A stretch of DNA of 63,427 nt, counting the filler, from Sphacelaria rigidula (lineage: Eukaryota): NCBI GenBank assembly GCA_964200075.2. It is 9 parts of 9 records of this genome, joined end to end, with 100 filler letters (N's around TTAATTAATTAA, not from the genome) between each part and the next. Parts side by side here need not be neighbours in the genome. Positions count along the whole stretch, not along the records: positions 35,296 to 42,253 come from CAXNAA020017207.1; positions 42,354 to 49,311 come from CAXNAA020017208.1; positions 49,412 to 56,369 come from CAXNAA020017209.1; 6 more parts are not named here. One strand, given 5' to 3'. The translations under genes were made by a program, and so were the position numbers. Below are positions 35,413-49,469 of this stretch, one piece after another. The notes under the pieces were generated by a model. The model had not been told where the DNA came from. It saw only the letters and a list, made by a program, of their open reading frames with translations, and did no database searches. Each line of letters starts with the position of its first letter. Positions within the stretch are counted from its first letter, which is position 1.

Positions 35413-38160
35413 GAAAGTCATAATAGAAAACTGATCGTATGCAACAAAGAAGTTAAATGGTAGGATGAGGGAGTAAAGAGTAGATTATCAAGGTAAAGAG
35501 AGAGGCCCATGCGAGATGGGTGTCGAGCAAAACTATGGGAGGATTGGAGAAGTATACCAAAGCTCGAAAGGAAGTGAAAAAGATGTTACACGAGAAGAAG
35601 GAAGTTTGGGAAGGTGTTGTGAATGAAACGAATGAAGATTTCGACGGCGGGATGTAACAAATGTGGGCAGGGATAAAAGGGATAACGAGAAACCAGGCAG
35701 GAAAGGTGGAAAAGGGGATAGCTACACACTGGACACAGAACGGTAAAATAGTCAGTAGTTCGAAAGGAAAGAAATACGTGCTGGTCGAGCATTACCGTAA
35801 ACTAGGAATACCAGAAACAACCACGGAGTTCGACAAGGAATTCGAAAACGAAATCAACGCGTGGGCAGAGGCAGATGTAGAGACGTCAAAACGTGAAGAT
35901 ATAGGCTCGAAAGAATTGTAGAGAGAGTTTACTAGAGACGAATGAAAGGAGTGCGTAGCTAAACTCAAGAACAGAAAGGCAGCAGGGGCAGCCGGAATAT
36001 TGAGAGGTAATGATTGCCATGATGGTTATGCTTTATAACTAGACCTGAAAAAACGAGTCCACACCAAAGAGGTGAAGAGAAGGGAGTTGTCGTCAATCTT
36101 TTCAAAGAAGGCAAGGCTACTGTGCACATTAGGAATAGCATACTGTATGATTCTGAACGAAAGAGTAGGAACGATGCTAGAAAAGGAAGAGAAAATCAGC
36201 GAGGCACAAGCACGATTTAGACCGAACCGTGGTTGCGTAGACCATGTGTACACACAATGTATAGTTATTCAAGGTAGGAAAGGCACCGGGCTGACAACGT
36301 GTTGTTTCTTTCTGGACGTGTAAACGGCTGATGACACAGTATGGAGAAACGGGTTGTGGGAAACGTTGTGGGAAACTGGGATCAGAGGATACACGTGGAG
36401 AATAGTGAAGAAGATGACAGAATGTGCCAAAAGTGCCATGACGCTAGACGGGGGAATGCCGAAATTGATTTGATATTATACAAGGAGGTGCACAATAATT
36501 TATCAACCACCAACTGTGTCCAAGGTATTTATCAATGACTCGATGATGGCAATAGAAGCAGCAAAGCAAGGGATCAAGGTAGGTGAAGATATGATATCAG
36601 GCTCGATGTCCGCAGATGATTTTGTGGAGACGTTAGGAACAGCAGAAGAATTACAGAAACAGATAGACAAAGCGCTAAAATTAATCAGGGAATGAGAGTG
36701 ATGGCGAACGTCAACAAATGCGCGGTACTCGTCTGTAACGAAGATGAGAAAAATCCGGCAGAGTTCAAATGGGAGTGGGGAGAAGAGGAAACGCCGATCG
36801 TAGACCAGTACGCATACCTTGGCATGGAGATCTCAAAAAAGTGTTCTCGGGATTCACACACGAGCAAAGTAATTAAAAAGGGTAAGGCACAGAGGGGCAG
36901 AATAGACGTGTTCCTCAGAAACTCGCACCTAGACACTAGGATCAAAATATGCATCCTGGTGAACGTGATCGTACCGAAGCTGGAATGTGCAGGAGAAGTA
37001 TTGGAGGGGAACATAAGGTTGGCGGAGAAGGTGGAAACAGTACAGATGGTACCAGCTAAGGAAATACTTGGATGCTCGAAAACGACGTTGTTAATGTACT
37101 CACTTGAACCAAACATAGACATGAGGAAATTCTGATGGCAATATAGCTTGAAGAACATGCAGAAAAAGAGATTGCCGGCTATAGTTGATAGGGTTGTATA
37201 AAAGAAAAGTACAAAAAGCAAATCTGGAGTGAGGCGGGATAAAGAAGCCAAGAAAATATGGAAGGAGATAGGAGGAAACCAAGACGAAATACTGTACTGT
37301 CCATAGATGAAGACGCGGGGTACAAGCCAAAATATGAAGAAATGATAGAGTTAGGGGGAAAAGGAGCGCTCAGACGCAAAGTAGACGAGCAAAAACACCT
37401 TGAGATATACGGGTGGTTGAGAGGGGGGATACGGATGAAAGCATATTTGCATGGCCCAGTGGACTCTGCGAAAAATCTGAATCTGCGATTCTGGATGGGG
37501 GACCTGGATTTGTCAGAAAGAAGAAGGAGATATTCCAGTCATCAAACGGGAGGAGATGGACAGAACTGGCTCTGTGGCAGAAGAAAAGGGAGCAGAAGTC
37601 ATATAGCGGCAGAGCATGAACTACACAAGGAGGAATGGGACGTGCTAGAGGGCGATATGCGGGACATGAACGAAGATGGCATGAAAACGTTTGATGCTTG
37701 AGACAGTAGGAGGAAAACGATGGCCATACTAGGAGATAGCTAGTAGCCACAGACGGCGAAACAGGGCGGAGGTAAGATATGTGAAAGGTTCTTGTGTAAT
37801 GTATGGAGAGTCATGCTACGATAGGGGGGGGGGGGGTGTTCGATCCCACGAAAAAATGGGCTCATAGGTGCGTCAGACGACCCGACACACTCGCGGTGCG
37901 CTTGTATTTGGGTAAAAGCGATGTCAAACAGTATGAATGGGCGTTACAAATCGGAAGCAAGCGCGTTGGAACTACCGTTGCTACTACCGACGATGATTGC
38001 AAGTGGAATTTCATGGAAGAAAATGGCCCAAAATACCCCCCCCTACCGTAGCATGACTCTGGAAGAAACGTAATGAGCGCCGCAATGTTGAAGATTGCTC
38101 TATCAGGGTTAGGAACGGTGCTCCGTCTCGAAAGGGATGCGTGGTCAATGGTCAAACGAC
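35413..38160 (+). mobile_element. Degraded LINE ORF2 (reverse transcriptase and C-terminal region), a different family from the contig-3 LINE
   Basis: LKNRKAAG, ISEAQARFRPNRGCVDH, FFLDV..A.DTVWRNGLW, SADD, VDQYAYLG, IVPKLECAGEV; multiple stops. Confidence 0.9.
37808..38059. mobile_element. Sola2-like MITE with 4-bp TSD inserted in the LINE 3' end
   Basis: TGGA|GAGTCATGCTACGATAGGGGGG ... CCCCCCTACCGTAGCATGACTC|TGGA; GAG...CTC termini with a non-TTAA 4-bp TSD fit Sola2. Confidence 0.8.
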
Positions 38161-38294
38161 GCCCTCTTCTCCCTCACGGGTCCAGCTGTCGTCGCATGAT
38201 AGACGTACCCACGAAAAGCAAAACTGAAACACTCGCCGAAAAAGAGAAGAAACTGAAAAAACGTCGAACAGAACCACATAGTAGGCTAATACGT

Positions 38295-38336
38295 AAAGAA
38301 GAAGAAGAAGAAGAAGAAGAAGAAGAAGAATTTCAG

Positions 38337-38415
<79 letters not shown>

Positions 38416-38446
38416 ATGATGATGATAATAACATTGAGTGATAAAA

Positions 38447-38478
<32 letters not shown>

Positions 38479-38605
38479 AATGATGATAATGATGATAATA
38501 ATAAGAATAGGAAGACTAGTCATGATAATGATAATTATAATGATAATGATAATGACCGATATCATTATCATAACCAAAATAATCATAATCATAATAACAT
38601 AATAA
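38295..38605. repeat. Compound microsatellite (GAA)n(AAC)n(GAT)n(AAT)n
   Basis: Visible triplet runs. Confidence 0.95.
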
Positions 38606-41600
38606 AGTCAACAAAAGCAAAGCACAGAAAGAAATGGCCGACCTAAATCAAAAACAAAAAAGGAGAGGAAATAGGATATTGCAAAGATGAATAAAATAAC
38701 CAAAAAAGCAAAAAACCCAAAGGATTTAGGGTAGCAAAGTAGATACAGACGCACACCAGTGGGCACCGCAGAGCCATCGACGAAGGGCGTAATCAATAAC
38801 CGATATGAGTAGACAGGATTCTTGTATTGGCGGTCCCCCACACAGCAGCCTCTCGCTTGTGGATGTGTATGGTAAGTCAGGTTTGTCATGTCAGGGATAG
38901 GCATCGGTTAAGACTCTGCAGGCAAAGCTCAGTGACACAGCGCAGGTAGGATGTTCCATTTGGTGATTATGCGAAACAACCGTTGTCGGTTAAAAAATTT
39001 CTGTGATGGAGTTCTCTTGGGATGGTATAGACCGATCCGAGTAATGGTCCAGTATGATCGCGAACTGAGATGACATTGGGATACGACTTATTGTAAAGAC
39101 GAGCACGAGAGAACTCACGAGGACATCGCCAGCCCCACCCTTTCACTCATACTTTTCCAACGTCTCAACATGGGCTCTTGACAGGATAATGCTCTTCACA
39201 AGCCCTTGCTGGCCATACGTGGCCAAGCAACATCCATGTTTTGTTTTTCCACAGTGAAGCGTCCGCTAGGTTGCCAGCCCGAGCAGTTGCCAGCGGCAGC
39301 TTACCGCAGCCACTTGTTTGGGTGTACAACAACATATTATCCATAACAGGTGAGGAGCCTTGTTTCAGCGCGGAGCTAGTGCGGGTTGCTTCGGAGAGCG
39401 TCGTCTTCGAGCATCCAGTACAGCAAGCTTCGAACAGGAACTCCCGAAGCGCGAGCGCTCGTTAATCCGCAAGCATCTGTAGGGTAGGAGGGTTTGTCGC
39501 ATTGCTTTGGTGGTGCAAATATACCGTTTGGTGGCGTGCTGAGCGGCGCTATGGGAGTGCTAGATGTAGCTGGACCGATGGTACGCGGAGCAAGTGTTCG
39601 AGCGGGGATGCTGGGCTACGGTGTGCACGGTTCTGTCGTCCGACTGCTGCCGTTTCTGTGGAGTGGGCTGGAGGACTACACGGAAGCATTACTTGAGGTG
39701 CTTGCTGGTGGTGAGCGCCGAGTTGAATGGTGCTGGGAAGGCGTTGCTGGTGTGGTTGAGCGCTTGTTGAGAATGTGACTGGTGGGACACAAAAAATGCT
39801 ATATCCTTGAATGGTCTGGATACGATTGTAGTTTATTGTGGTGTTGTCTGTAGTACTGTTTATTCTGCTGTTTGCACATGAGGCATGTCGGTTGGACGCG
39901 TATGATCGTATTGCTTATGCCGGGTGAACCGCCGGCGTGCACGTGCATGCTTTTGTATCTGTGCGTCGAAATTAATTGGTCATGGCATGATCCACGCTGT
40001 TCGAGACTGGTTTTGATGCACATACTAGGTGAAATTCTGGCATGCATGTATGGAGTTTCGCGACAACGTCTTCGTGATGTGCACTGCGTCAGGGGAACAG
40101 TCATGTCGCAGTGGGTTTCAAATACTGCTTGACGCTGGATGAAGTCCATCAATTTGATTTCTGTCTGCAAAATGCGGCAAAATTGTCGTTGTGCGGTTTG
40201 CGCTACTGCCTAAAGGAGCTGATAATTACTGTTGCTGGCGTGAACATGAAGCGAGACCCTCCCGAAATGCGTAGATTCGTATGTGAGCAGGTATAATGCG
40301 AGTATTTCTAGTAAAATACGTTGAAAATGGTGGGAATGATTGAAATCGAAGCTCCCCGATGATCGAGACTCTATGCGGGGGTGGAGTCCGAAGACGTTTC
40401 CCGGCCTGAGACGTGACGCCTGAAGGCGAAGTAAAGGGTGAGACTGCGTAAAAACCTACGGGCACCTTTGCAGGCAAAGTACGGTATCACGCTTTGAGTG
40501 CATGATATTTTCGGATACTACTTATTGAGATGGTGTTATCCCTGGCGTGTTTGCATTGTGTATGTCATAACTGGCAGTTACTATTGAATGGTTAACTTCA
40601 CTGAGTTCGATCGAGACATCGTCATGGAGTGTCGATGTTCAGGGTTGTGCAAATTACATTGGCTTTTTTGGAACATGACATCGTATGGTCGTGTGTCACT
40701 AACTGGCGGACAAAGAAAGCAGGAACGTGAATCGCTAGTATCTTCGCTTGTCAAACTCGCTTTCTACTTCGAGTAGTGCGGGTTTTTGGGGATGCTGTAG
40801 AGACGCCCACCCCCAGTGCACGCGCAGGTGCATGGTAAGCTGTCTCGTACAGGAAAGGATGTGGATATGAGATTTACATGAGACTTGGTAATGTAATATT
40901 CTCTGCGGTATGACTATGCTCGAGAAATGATGTGTGGGCAGAAAGGAAGGGGTTACTTCCGGTTCTACGAAGATAACTGTTTGTGTAACTGCTTCGTCTT
41001 GAAGTTCTGCTGGGTAGAAAGGCTTTGAAGAAAGCACTGAGGCCTTGTTCTGATACCAGGCAGGTCTATAAGTTACAGCTGCCACAAACAGAGCCGTTCC
41101 GAGATTTCGAGGGAGTCTTGACATTGTTGGCTGGCGCCGTTTCTATGTCGTACAACGTTTACTTGCGTACCGCTAGTAGTGATGCAGATCCAGTGGGGTG
41201 TGCAGTACACGACCGGCCATTCGGCTACCTTGTAGACCTTGTAGAGGATTTTCCGAACGTCATCCTCGGTTCCGCCCGTTTTGAAATGACTGCTAGAGGA
41301 TCTTGGGTATTTGCAATCCTCTAGAGGATTTTCAATGTTGGGGCCCTCGAAGGTCTGTGTCAATATTCGTATCCCCTGAGTTGTTTTTGATCACAAGTGC
41401 TGTGGAAATCTGGAATTTGGACAACCTCTGCTGTTCGATATGAATCCCGATTCCAGATTGGAATCGGGCAAAAATGATTCATTTCGAACAGCACAGGCTG
41501 TACAAGTCCCATATACACTAACAGATGGAATTAGTACACCAGAAGCTATTTCAAGTGAATCCCCATTTTGCCCGCCGATAGCTGAAATCGGGCAAAAAAT

Positions 41601-42253
41601 AAACGTATTTGCGAGCAGCTTCTGCTGTTCAAGTCTGACATACTGCACCACATCAGCGGATGAGATTCGAGAGGCAGCAGAGAATACTGAAGGTTCATCC
41701 TCTCGCCCCCCAATTCATAAATTAGTGGGGCGAAGAGATTGAACTCTTCAACAGCCTCGGCTGTCTTCAAATCCCATACACTGATTGCGAGTGTATGTGC
41801 ACACGTCCGTGCTACATACAGCTTTAAGCGGGTGGTTATGGTGAAGAAACTGCATGAACCTCACATTTGTATACATACAGGTTCTGGAAACGCCGTCGTC
41901 CCGAGTCTACCATATCAAAAACAAAGCATCTTTTCAATTGAACGCGGAAAAATTCTGACCGCAGTTAACACTGCTGTACTCTGATGGCGATATGACCATC
42001 ACAACAATAAGCACGGTTTGGCGCTGTACTGAACTGTACAATACCGGCCAGGACACTACCGCGTCGTGCATATATACGTGCGTTGCAATATATTGCAGAG
42101 TTCGCGCTGCATATGCGCTACGTATGGCTGAACAAAGTTGATGCCTGTAACTTCGGGTACATGAGGGTATTACATACCGTCAGTTAACAGCCGATTTTAT
42201 ATTTTGGGGTTCATACAAAATATGGGGTTGAAGTGGCATTTCTCTCTTGCACG

Positions 42254-42353
42254 NNNNNNNNNNNNNNNNNNNNNNNNNNNNNNNNNNNNNNNNNNNNTTA
42301 ATTAATTAANNNNNNNNNNNNNNNNNNNNNNNNNNNNNNNNNNNNNNNNNNNN
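42254..42353. other. Artificial contig spacer
   Basis: Same linker. Confidence 0.99.
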
Positions 42354-42629
42354 AGACTCCTCTGAGATAGCAGACCGTGATGGCGTAGATGCTCTTGTAT
42401 TATTGGCGTACAGGCTAACTTGTGCTTTGCTAGTTGAGATGCATAGTCCAAAATGCTGTGAGACGTGAGGGCACACAGGGGGGCCCACGGCCAGATGCCA
42501 CCGCACGATGAAGTATGACCCATCGGATACCAAGCATGACAAAGTATGACACATGGTATCTAGTCGACTGGAAAATGACCAATAAATCCGTAACAGAACT
42601 ATGACCTCCCTCGGCTTCTGGTCAAGCAG

Positions 42630-45600
42630 CTCTCAAGATGGTTTCGCTCTGTGTAACTGTTTCGCGTCATCCCTGCAAAAAAGATATGCCACTTGAACCT
42701 CGTTTTTTGGGATCGACCCCAGTTTCCAGGATCCACTGTTGAAAAAAGTATTTAAACGCCCACTGAGCGGCTGGCAAAACATCAACCCCTTCATACACCC
42801 GCAGTCTCTGTTCCGACAAAATGGACCGCAACGCACGAATAACCGCTTTCACCATGCCTTCACAAGCACCATTCGACTAAGGGGTATACGCGACAGCAAA
42901 TCGGTGTTGCATCTTGAGCGCATCGCTCAGCTGCGCGATCACTCGATTCTTGAAGTGTGTGGCGGTATCACTGACCCACACGGGCGATACCCCCAACGTC
43001 TTGCACCAGTGGAGCAAGTGCTCAGCCGTAACCTCGGCGGTGCAAGCCTCGGTCGGCTCTAGCAAACGAAATTGGACAAATCATCCATGATAACCAAAAC
43101 GTACCGAGAACCATCCTCATCAGGCAAACCATCAGCACCTTCAGGTGCGCTACTTCCGACGTAAAGAAGATCAAAGCGAAGAACTTAACCTGGCGCAGTA
43201 CCATGCACAGTATCGCCATACGGACGAGGTACAATCGCACCCGCGCGAGTGTCTACACAATGCAAACACCGGCGAACGAAGTCGCGAACGTGGGGGTCCA
43301 TGTGAGGCCCCACACAATTGTTTTTGAACGAATGAAGTTGGCGCCACACCATGGTGACCAGCCGACCGCACGTAAGCGCACACCTCGAGCGAGTTTGTGG
43401 AGCCTTATCATCCGACGGAATCCACAAAACATCACTACTGCCAACACGCACGCGAAACAAACCATCGTCAGCCAAAGTAGATTGACCGAAAGTCGTAGGA
43501 AAAGAATGAACACCTTCGCCGACCGTTTTGCGCTATGCGGCACGAATGGCATCTAACGAGGGCAGCGAATCATCAGCATCACACGGACTGTACACGGCAA
43601 CAGAATGAACAGGCACGGTGGGAACCTTCACCCATCGAGACAACAAATCTCCCCAACAATTGCGCTCTCCAGGACTGTGTTCAATGGCATACCGATATTG
43701 GCCGAGTACTCCTTTCTGATTTTCGAGCCGTTGTGCCATGGCCTTCGTCACCTATGTGACACACTCTTCGGGGTTAAAAATGTATTTTAGATTGCGATGA
43801 TCGTTGAAATTGCGAACACCACCCCAAAGCAAGTACTCTAGCCTTCGAAATGTATTGGTTATCGCGAAACCTCCCTTGTCCACTGTCGCCCACCGCAACT
43901 GTGAACCCTCAAAACTACCACTAAGAAGCCAATGGTTCTTGTGACATGTTCTCGAGCGCAATGTCACTACTAAACTCTACTACAGGCACTTGCGTGAAAA
44001 AACTACCCTAGTGAGAATCTGAAGCATCTAGAAACATTAGAACAACGCCTCCTGGACGAGGATGATGCAGCGGCACCGCTTGCGCCACCAAATCTTGCGC
44101 AGCACGCCATGCCCGCACACGATCCTCCGTCCAAGCGTCCTCCGGGATAGTATGATTACGCACCACCCGCTTGGTTCAACGCGAAGCCCTGACCATAAGT
44201 TGTTGCAGAAATACGCGAAGCGGCGCAACTACTTCCGCCATGCGCGGGAGCCAAATTCGCAACCAATTCACCGCCTGTAGAAAGCGCATCAGCTCACGAG
44301 CGGTTTGAGGACGTCGCGTGTTGCTCAAACCTCGGATACGGACGGGATCATGCGAAACAGTACCCTTGGAGTACACCTTATCTCACCAAACCACTTTGCG
44401 GGAAAAAATGTACACTTATGCGCAGCGACGAACAGACCAACACTCTCCAAGCGGCCAAGAATTTCGTCAAGCAAAGCTAACAATGCTTCTTCGGATTCAG
44501 CGAAATAGAAAACGTCATCCACCCACACTTTACAATCTAGACCTTGCAAAATGTCAGTCAGCACACCTTGAAAATGCGCCGTGGCGTTGAGCACGGCCTG
44601 CGGGACGCGAGTAGGCGTAAGCAAACCGTCCGGTGTGACGATCGTAAAGATCTCCTGAGCCTCCGGCGCCAGAGGCATATGCTAATACCCCTATAGCAGG
44701 TCCAACTTGCCGAAGCATTGGGCTCCCAGCAACTCCCGCGTGTCCTCTTGGCTTGGCATCACCCCCGGAGACTGTTCCACTTACGCGTTCACCGCCTGAT
44801 AGTCGCTGACCAAACGGAATGTGTCTCTCTTCGGCACGGCCATCGCCGGACTCGCCCACGCAGCCTGGATGTTCCTGACCACTAAAGCAAACGCCACCAA
44901 AGCTGCGATGCATGAGGCAAGCCACCCGATCTTCACCGGGTCATGGCGTCTGGGCTTGGCCTTCATGGTATTTGCCTGTCGCTTGAGATTCACCCTCATG
45001 TGCTCTACGCGCACTGGCGGGCCACCAGGCAGCGCACGACGAAATGTATCCACGCGACAAGCCAAAGTATTACGCAGACAATGTGCGCCATCGGCGCTCA
45101 GGCCCTTCTGCTCAGCCTGCTGCACGCTTTCCTCAAGCGCACGTTCTCTTGCACCTCTCTCCTTCGCTGGGTCCATAAACATGTCGGGCCCCCGATCGAC
45201 CAAGCGCTCCACCGCTTCATTCGCGGGAGCCTCCTCCTCATTGGCGCTCTGAAACGACCGTATTGATACGGTGACACGCCTTACGGCAAGATAGCTGGGA
45301 TGTTCCACGCTGGTTTGCACCGACACAGCACGCGGGCGTATATCATCCAACGCCAGCGAGTACAAATCAAACCCGAGCTCCTTCATCCTCGCCATCCCAA
45401 ATAGAACCACGTTGTCCCTACCGGGTATGACAGGGAAAGTAATGGGCTGCAACCCCACAGCCCCACACAGCGTACGCGCGCTAACAGTACTCGGCACCGT
45501 TTTGTGTTTAACCGTCACGGGAGCACCCGTGGCGGTCTGTGTCGTTTGCGGCTCGTTAACGAAGAGAACCTGAAACCTGAGCGCCGCCAAACTGTGAAGA

Positions 45601-47200
45601 CATTTGTTCTCGCATCCCCACACTGATCGACGTGAGCGCGAACCCAGAATCCAGGATAATGCGGGCCATGAACGAACCTGCGGAACCAGGCAAGGGAAGC
45701 TCTGCGCGTAAGCATTCAGTCTCGCGTTCGACAGGTTCCTTGCCTGCCGAAGAACCCTGGTCGGTACCAAGGGTCACCTGACGCTAGGGCTGCCCTCCAG
45801 CACTTGGCATCGATAACTGAGAATCGTCGGTCCAACCAAACTGAGTCGCAAAATATGTAGACGGCGCTGTTACAGCCGTCGCAGCAGTAGGAGATGCACC
45901 AGACACGGATCTTGCCTGGCCGAAAGGTTGCGAACCGTTCGATCCAGCACTCCTCACCGAAGTTTTTGTATTTCCCCCGTACGCTGTTCGCCCCGCTACG
46001 GACGAACCATAGGATCCAGAGTCACCACTTAATGACGTAGTGGAAAAAACAGCAGCGGAGGAACCACCATCCGCCCCCGATTGCTTGCTACCGCGGCCGC
46101 CGCGCCCGCGTCCCTGATTGGCACGGTTCCGTCCACCGTGACGACCGCCTCGAACTCCTGAAGAATCTCGCGCATGAGCAGCATCTTGAGCGCGAGGTTT
46201 GGGGCAACCCTTGATCAAATGTCCAGTGTCGCCGCAGTTGTAGCTCGCGCGAGAGGACGACGCTCGCGAAGACTGCTGCTGTTTCTGTTGCTGTTGCTGT
46301 TTGCGGCGCGCACCACCTGCACTTGTTGCAGAATTGCGCCGGCTATGTGCTTTAATGAACTTCCACTGGTCGGCGGCATCAAACATTTTGTGTAACACCA
46401 CCGTCAGATTGTTTTTCCATCCGTCTACGTACGTCACTACCCTTATAAGATATGCCTCGAATTCCGGAGGCAAAACCCCGTCCACTAAAGCTATGGAAAC
46501 CGACTCGGCCGGGCCTGGCAACCAACCCCTGTCCTCCGCACGGTACATAACTTGCACCGTGAGGTTTTCAGCAAAAAACATTACCATCGATCAACTGACC
46601 GTCATCGCACGATCCTTCACGGATTTTCCACCGCTTTGTGGCATGTTAAAAACTCTACGTAGGTCTACTGCGGCCTGCGCAGTGTCAAGCTTGCCGCCGG
46701 TTGTGGTTTGCCCGGCATGCTGCTTCACAGCATCTTGCAATTCGTCGGGGGTCATAGCCCGACGGTACTTTTACATATCTTCGAAGCACCGGTGAAGGTA
46801 GGGATGGGTTGTCCGATGCTCACGCTCTCATGTCGTATGACTCCTGTTGCCCCTTGACCAAATGCAACCTCTTTAAATAGTCGACATATGCGGCTTAAAA
46901 AATGTTTGATCCTTCTTCGGTCCACACTTCGCCATACTTCGGCGGCTCTAGTAGCTCACCTAACACCAGCGGCGCTGCCGCCGCTTGAGCCATGTCGACT
47001 AGAATCTCAACACTTCACTGAGAGACTCTTTCCTGACTTGTGCGTTCTTCAGCCCACGGAGCGTCCCTCACTGCTGTGCGCTTCAAGTTGGTCTCTCTTT
47101 TTGCGGGCTGAACTGGCTTCCAGCTGCGGCCCACTTTTCTCCTCAGCCAAACCCCTCTAACAGAGTGCCGGAAGAATATCTAAATAGTGTAGCCTCTGCC
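42630..47200 (-). mobile_element. Degraded Ty3/Gypsy retrotransposon (gag-PR-RT-RNase H-integrase)
   Basis: Gag knuckle remnant YNCGDTGHLIKGCP (about 46200-46245); RT WASPAMAVPK..FRLVSDY, PQAVLNATAHFQ, VWVDD; RNase H DHRNLKYIF, IEHSPGERNCWGDLLSR; integrase AGHHGV, C.HC, WVSDTATHF. Gypsy domain order. Confidence 0.92.
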
Positions 47201-49311
47201 AGACGATCTGGACAATAGGACTTTCAAGGAGAGACTCCTCCAGTATCACTGACCTCGTGCTCGACAAGTCCTTTCTTCTCACTTGTTATTATCATGGAGT
47301 GATCCTGAACAGACCACATCAAGAGCCAGCCAGCGAGGAGCCACACAACTAAGGGTCATCAATCCAGGAACTCCTGGTCCCCTGCCACTGGTCCAATCAT
47401 GCATGCGATTATATACTGAAACCTACGGCTTGGTATCATTTGGCTACAGTCCCTTACTACTGCTGCTGCGAACTCTCCCCTTTAGTCGGTGCAAGCTGCT
47501 CTAGGCATGTCAAATGTTAGACATAGGCTCGATAAGATTCAGGCTACAGGCATATACGCTTTCGACGGTCGGGTGTGGGCAACAGGACTTTGATGCCCGC
47601 TCGATATCGAGCGGTATGTATCGATTGCTGGATGTAGATATGCAGTGATTGTCCTGCAATTCAATTTCAAATATCATCTAGGGCTACAAAATAAACGACG
47701 CGGTAGCATCGTTACCTGTCGAGACCGGACGTTTTCTAGTGTCTGCACCCATACGACCGAACGCACTCGCGGCAGTCTCTGCTCAGACTGTTTTAGTAAA
47801 AATGATTCCTCAACAGTAGCGTGGTCCGTGCTAATCAAGTGTGCCCGAATTGAACGTGTACAAGTGCTATCAGGTCAGGATCAGTTATCGCGGGGTGGCT
47901 GAAGTTTACTTATGCTTATACCCAGTACTCACAACAGACAGCGGTCGTCTCCTGGTGTAGTACTCTGAAGTGTTCTTTGAGCCTTCCGTTTTCGTACCAT
48001 CAAGTAGGGTAGCCGTTTTTCTTTTTCTTGTTGCGGACAAGAAAATAGATGAAACTCGGAACCTCTCCCTCCGGTGTAAAACATTACTAGCAAACTACGG
48101 TAACAAGCAACCATATTTGGCTGAATACTTGAACATGAATCGCTATGGGGTGAACGCAATCTCCCACAGGGCGGGGCTGTACACACACATCGGCGAAAGA
48201 AGTGCCTGCAAAATATACACCTGGCCCGCAAGATCACTCTACAATGTAACGTATCATCAGTAACGAGTAGCAATATGGTACGCTGGGCGTCAAATGCCAA
48301 GGAGAGGACTATGTAGATCGGGCTCCCGCATATATGAGTCATGCTACGATCGGCGACAGCAAGGCAAGAGCATATGATAGAGTGTAAATATAAAGACCCA
48401 ACTGGGGAACAGCAACACACACCGTCGAATATCACAGCCCTAGCCAGTGTGAAATACAGTGCGTGGTGTTCAGTCACACCGAACAGTCCTGTCATGTAAC
48501 TGTCATGATAAGGAGATGGATAGTCACTCAAGCTACGCACTGGCAGCCATTGTGATTGCTCGTGTCCCAGAATCAAATACCTCATCTCATGAGAGCAGGT
48601 GAATTGCATGCCTCGGAGCTGTCTAATCAACTTCCCCTTGAAATGCCGCATGTAGTCTAGACTCATTCAGTATATAAAATACAACAGGGAGCTTGACTCA
48701 CGAGTTGTTCCCTGGTGGCTTGACTGCCCGAAGCAAGTAGCACATGAATATCTCGCTGGATGTGTCAACCCTTGACGATATGATTGATTAGCTTTTATCT
48801 TAATACTCCATGCATCGCGCCGGCAGAATAAGTGAGGCGATGTGGCCTCGTGTCAAAACAACCGCTATTCGACCGCAAGATAGTCTTCACCCAAGTCATA
48901 GCTCAAAAATCTAGATGCTCTTCAACTTTCAATTCCACATCATACATCAAATAGTGACCACTACGTACTTGCCAGCCTATATCAAAACGGCAGCGACCAA
49001 TACGAACTCCCACCCTGAATAAAGATCGAATATTCGCCAAAGATATACACTTGTCGTCCCCGTCAGTCCCTTTCACATTACATATGCCTCTCATGGTTGA
49101 AGCACTCGCAGACTATGGCAAGAGGCGAGAGTGCTTCAACCATACCTTTCCCCGCACATGAAAAAGTGTACACCACTAATCCCCCAAGCGTTGAAGAAAT
49201 TGGGCACAAGAGAGTGCACGGTACTCAGTCAAGACAGATGCAAAGGCACTACATGTAACAGGGTTGCCAGAAAAATGAGAACGTATTTTGAAATGAGAAT
49301 CAACCGCTCCC

Positions 49312-49411
49312 NNNNNNNNNNNNNNNNNNNNNNNNNNNNNNNNNNNNNNNNNNNNTTAATTAATTAANNNNNNNNNNNNNNNNNNNNNNNNNNNNNNNNN
49401 NNNNNNNNNNN
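49312..49411. other. Artificial contig spacer
   Basis: Same linker. Confidence 0.99.
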
Positions 49412-49469
49412 CGCAAGTTGGGTTGCCCACTTGAGCCTCAATTCAGAGTTGAACCTCAATTCTCACAAT

